This document shows, piece by piece, positions 61,648 through 64,000 of a stretch of DNA of 64,000 nt (the first letter of the stretch is position 1; each line of letters starts with the position of its first letter). The position numbers and the translations under genes were made by a program. The stretch lies in assembly GCA_031552815.1 (NCBI GenBank), contig JAVBMG010000005.1, positions 130,030 through 194,029 on the forward strand. Direction: 5' to 3'. Below the pieces are notes generated by a model. The model saw only the letters and a list, made by a program, of their open reading frames with translations, made no database searches and was not told the DNA's origin. Source of the stretch: Opitutales bacterium (GTDB lineage Bacteria; Verrucomicrobiota; Verrucomicrobiia; Opitutales; JAVBMG01).

Positions 61648-62718
61648 TTAAAAGAGGAATTTTTTCCGTGAACCGTAAAGCAGAAACAAAAAGAAAGGCG
61701 CGCCGATCAGTGATGTCAGAATACCGATAGGCATTTCCTGCCCCAGATTAAGCTGTCGGCAAACCCAGTCGGCTACCAGCAGTAATCCGGCGCCCATGAT
61801 GGCCGAGCCGGGCAAAAGGTAACGGTGATTCGGGCCGACCCAGATACGCACTAGGTGAGGAACCACCAGACCGACAAAGCTGATGATACCGACAAGCGAA
61901 ACGCAGGCGGAAATCATGAGGGAAACCAGCAGGATAATAACTGTTTTCAGCCGATGGATATTTACTCCGAGATGGTAGGCTTCGGCTTCGCCGAAAAGCA
62001 GCAGGTTCAATGGTTTGACAAAGAAAATCAATGCTACCGCCGGAATCAGGACAAACGGAAGGAGGACGAGAACGATCTGGTTATTGGCTTGCGCAAAACT
62101 GCCTAATGACCAGAAGACAAAAGAGCGCAATGACTGGTCGGATGCTACCGTGATCATCATCGCGATGATACCGCTCGCAAAGGCATTGATCGCTATACCC
62201 GTGAGCAGCAAATGCGTGATGTCGGCATTGCCGTGCCGGCTGGCCAATTTGAAAACAAAAGCCGTTGCGATCAGTCCGCCCAGAAATCCGGCAAGCGGGA
62301 AAAACCAGAGTCCGAGCGTATTCAGCCAGGCAAAACAAGCGCTTCCGCTTAAGATCATTCCGAGAAGCGTGGCGATGGCGGAACCGGCGGAAACCCCGAT
62401 AAGGCTCGGTTCTGCAAGCGGGTTTCTGAACAGAGCCTGCACCAATACGCCGGAAAGTCCGAGCGCAAACCCTACCAGTACAGCCAGACAGGCCCGGGGA
62501 AAACGGATTTGCCAGAGTACCGTGGAAATCAATTCAAAACGATCCTGGTCTTCTGCATTGGCGGAACACCCGAGGCGGTGTGTGAACTGTTGCCAAAGGT
62601 CACCCATGTCAAGATTGATGACACCGCCAAGCAGCGAAAGCACGAAGAGGCATAACAGGAAAAACACGGATAGGTATATCCGGCCTAAAGCATGCTTTCT
62701 TGTCGGGATCAGTTTCAT
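61648..62718 (-). CDS. FecCD-family (BtuC/HmuU-like) ABC permease
   Basis: About 9-10 helices with motifs RFPRACLAVLVGFALGLSGVLVQALFRNPLAEPSLIGVS and GPNHRYLLPGSA. Confidence 0.85.
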   Translation of the reverse strand: MKLIPTRKHALGRIYLSVFFLLCLFVLSLLGGVINLDMGDLWQQFTHRLGCSANAEDQDRFELISTVLWQIRFPRACLAVLVGFALGLSGVLVQALFRNPLAEPSLIGVSAGSAIATLLGMILSGSACFAWLNTLGLWFFPLAGFLGGLIATAFVFKLASRHGNADITHLLLTGIAINAFASGIIAMMITVASDQSLRSFVFWSLGSFAQANNQIVLVLLPFVLIPAVALIFFVKPLNLLLFGEAEAYHLGVNIHRLKTVIILLVSLMISACVSLVGIISFVGLVVPHLVRIWVGPNHRYLLPGSAIMGAGLLLVADWVCRQLNLGQEMPIGILTSLIGAPFFLFLLYGSRKKFLF

Positions 62719-62805
62719 CGGAAAACAAAACGTAAAACTGTCTTATCGGAAATCGGTTTTCAATATATAAGTGAACATTCCTTGCAGCCGTTCACTGAAT
62801 CCTGA

Positions 62806-63636
62806 TTATTTCCCGTATTTGTTGCGGAGTTTGTCCAGCAGGGGATTTTTCGGGGAAGTTTTCAGCTGTGTCCTGTTCCCGTTTTTTCCGGACAAGTGAG
62901 CTGAAAGCGTTTCCGGCGTTATATTCAGCGCTTTATAGAAACTTTCCGGCAGAGGTGATTCCGCGATAAAACGTATATGTCCGATGCTGAGTTCGAGTTT
63001 GGCTGAATGGAGAAACAGGCGTTTCTCGGCGCTTGCCTGAACGAATTGACGGTTCATCTGGAAATCACCGTAAGTCTGGTCGCCGATGATCGGGACATGA
63101 TGGATTGCGCTGTGGCAGCGAAGTTGGTGCGTGCGTCCCGTTCTCGGAGACAATTCCGCAAGGGTGAGGTGCATGTTACCGTGTTTCGTTGAAAACAGAT
63201 TGCGACATTGCGTGATTGCCGGATACTGGGAACCTTTGCGTGCGCGTAGTTGCCCGTGAACGTTTTCAACGGAAAGCGAATCCTGCCAAAGGACTTCCTG
63301 GGATGGCAGAAGACCGAAAAGCAGCGCGTAATATGTTTTTTTTACCTTTAGCTGTTCAAATGCGGCAACGGCAAGTTTGGCGGTAGCTTCATCACGGGCG
63401 AGCAATATCACTCCCGATGTCGCTGAATCCAGACGGTTAATGAGAAAAAGCTGTTGGTTTTTCCCGTCTTCCTTCCAATGGAAGAAACGGCTTTGCGGCG
63501 AGTAATCAGCATCAAGCAAGGCATCCTTCCGGTCGGCTGAGCTGTTGGGATGCGACAGTATTCCGGTCGGCTTATCAAGAGCGATCAATCCATCGCGTTC
63601 CAGGAGGCACTTTACTGTCGGATGTAACGGTAACAT
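62806..63636 (-). CDS. RluA-family pseudouridine synthase
   Basis: LINRLDSATSGVILLA (catalytic Asp motif, with N in place of the usual H) and GRTHQLRCH motifs. Confidence 0.8.
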   Translation of the reverse strand: MLPLHPTVKCLLERDGLIALDKPTGILSHPNSSADRKDALLDADYSPQSRFFHWKEDGKNQQLFLINRLDSATSGVILLARDEATAKLAVAAFEQLKVKKTYYALLFGLLPSQEVLWQDSLSVENVHGQLRARKGSQYPAITQCRNLFSTKHGNMHLTLAELSPRTGRTHQLRCHSAIHHVPIIGDQTYGDFQMNRQFVQASAEKRLFLHSAKLELSIGHIRFIAESPLPESFYKALNITPETLSAHLSGKNGNRTQLKTSPKNPLLDKLRNKYGK

Positions 63637-63651
63637 CAGCAGATGACACCC

Positions 63652-64000
63652 TTATTTCTTTTTCCCGATATTCAGCTCGGTCTTTATCTCGTTGACGATT
63701 GCCTGCATTTCCTTGTCAACGTTCTCCATGTTTTCAACCAGCTTTAGCTGGGTGCGGCAGCGATGGAGATTATGGTCGGGATAGCGTGTCTTGAAATAGT
63801 GGTCGCCTTCCAGAAAATCGGTCAGGAAACGGATGCCGATAGTGAGCGTGATGAGTCTTCCGGAGAATGGGAGGTTTTCGATTTCTGTCGGTGTAAGCGA
63901 ATGACCGACAGCCTCAAGAAATCCCTTTACGAGTGCGTGGAAAAAAGAAAGACGGAACACTACTTTGCTCAGATCTTTTTCGTCTTCGGGAGCTTCACAG
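63652..64000 (-). CDS. Hypothetical protein, 3' part only (possibly the C-terminus of a phosphotransferase/kinase-like protein)
   Basis: The frame stays open past the GTG at 63960 to the window edge. The weak resemblance of LTIGIRFLTDFLEGDHYF to APH-like kinase C-termini is from memory only. Confidence 0.3.
   Translation of the reverse strand, partial: CEAPEDEKDLSKVVFRLSFFHALVKGFLEAVGHSLTPTEIENLPFSGRLITLTIGIRFLTDFLEGDHYFKTRYPDHNLHRCRTQLKLVENMENVDKEMQAIVNEIKTELNIGKKK

Noticed and set aside
1575-62149. The abundant CGGTAGCAT motif interpreted as a Chi site, as FtsK-orienting KOPS, or as a peptide-driven repeat
   Set aside because: Chi and KOPS are strongly strand-skewed, whereas here the orientation is 22:15 and mixed within single operons. 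A peptide origin is excluded because several frames, both strands and intergenic DNA are used. A Chi-like role cannot be fully excluded without replichore information.
62719-62805. A cobalamin or other riboswitch upstream of the FecCD permease
   Set aside because: The gap is only 87 bp, with no B12-box-like sequence visible, which is too short for the aptamer.
1-64000. CRISPR arrays, transposases, integrases, prophage or toxin-antitoxin/defence islands
   Set aside because: I looked for direct-repeat/spacer periodicity and for characteristic gene products and found none. The window is dominated by housekeeping genes.

Overview
This is a gene-dense chromosomal window with about 60 genes and no rRNA, CRISPR array, transposase, integrase or obvious prophage or defence island. 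Content from left to right: the 3' part of a GH97-like glycosidase; a 13-gene NADH:quinone oxidoreductase operon (nuoB to nuoN, no nuoA); proS; a Cys-rich COG0701-type permease; tRNA-Asp; stand-alone coaB; an orphan PAS histidine kinase; a NIF3-family gene; a PEP-CTERM protein; mpg; two tandem small lipoproteins; hisG; clpB; DMT and AI-2E transporters. A glycan-oxidation-type cluster follows: two tandem TAT-signal Gfo/Idh/MocA oxidoreductases, a HEAT-repeat/DUF1080 protein and a GH109-like oxidoreductase. Then come tRNA-Ser, a TPR membrane protein, ftsK, coaE, a long-N-terminus rho directly followed by two tandem GspE/PilB ATPases and a GspF/PilC platform gene, then tag, sufT, clpP, ispH, the lspA / dksA-like / ileS block, a DUF2339 giant membrane protein, a flavodoxin, an iron-chelate-type ABC permease and ATPase, and an RluA-family synthase. 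The gene content (TAT-exported Gfo/Idh/MocA enzymes, DUF1080, GH109/GH97, PEP-CTERM, dksA next to lspA) suggests a PVC-superphylum-like bacterium; that is inference only. The most unusual signal is not a gene. The 9-mer CGGTAGCAT (extended G-R-CGGTAGCAT) occurs at least 36 times in both orientations, in several reading frames and in intergenic DNA, and as inverted pairs it forms terminator hairpins. At least 23 further one-mismatch variants are present. Roughly 0.5 copies of a 9-mer are expected by chance. Density, lack of strand bias and terminator association resemble DNA uptake sequences, and the window also carries a type IV pilus / type II secretion-like ATPase-platform cluster. All functional calls come from motif recognition by eye and no database search was possible.
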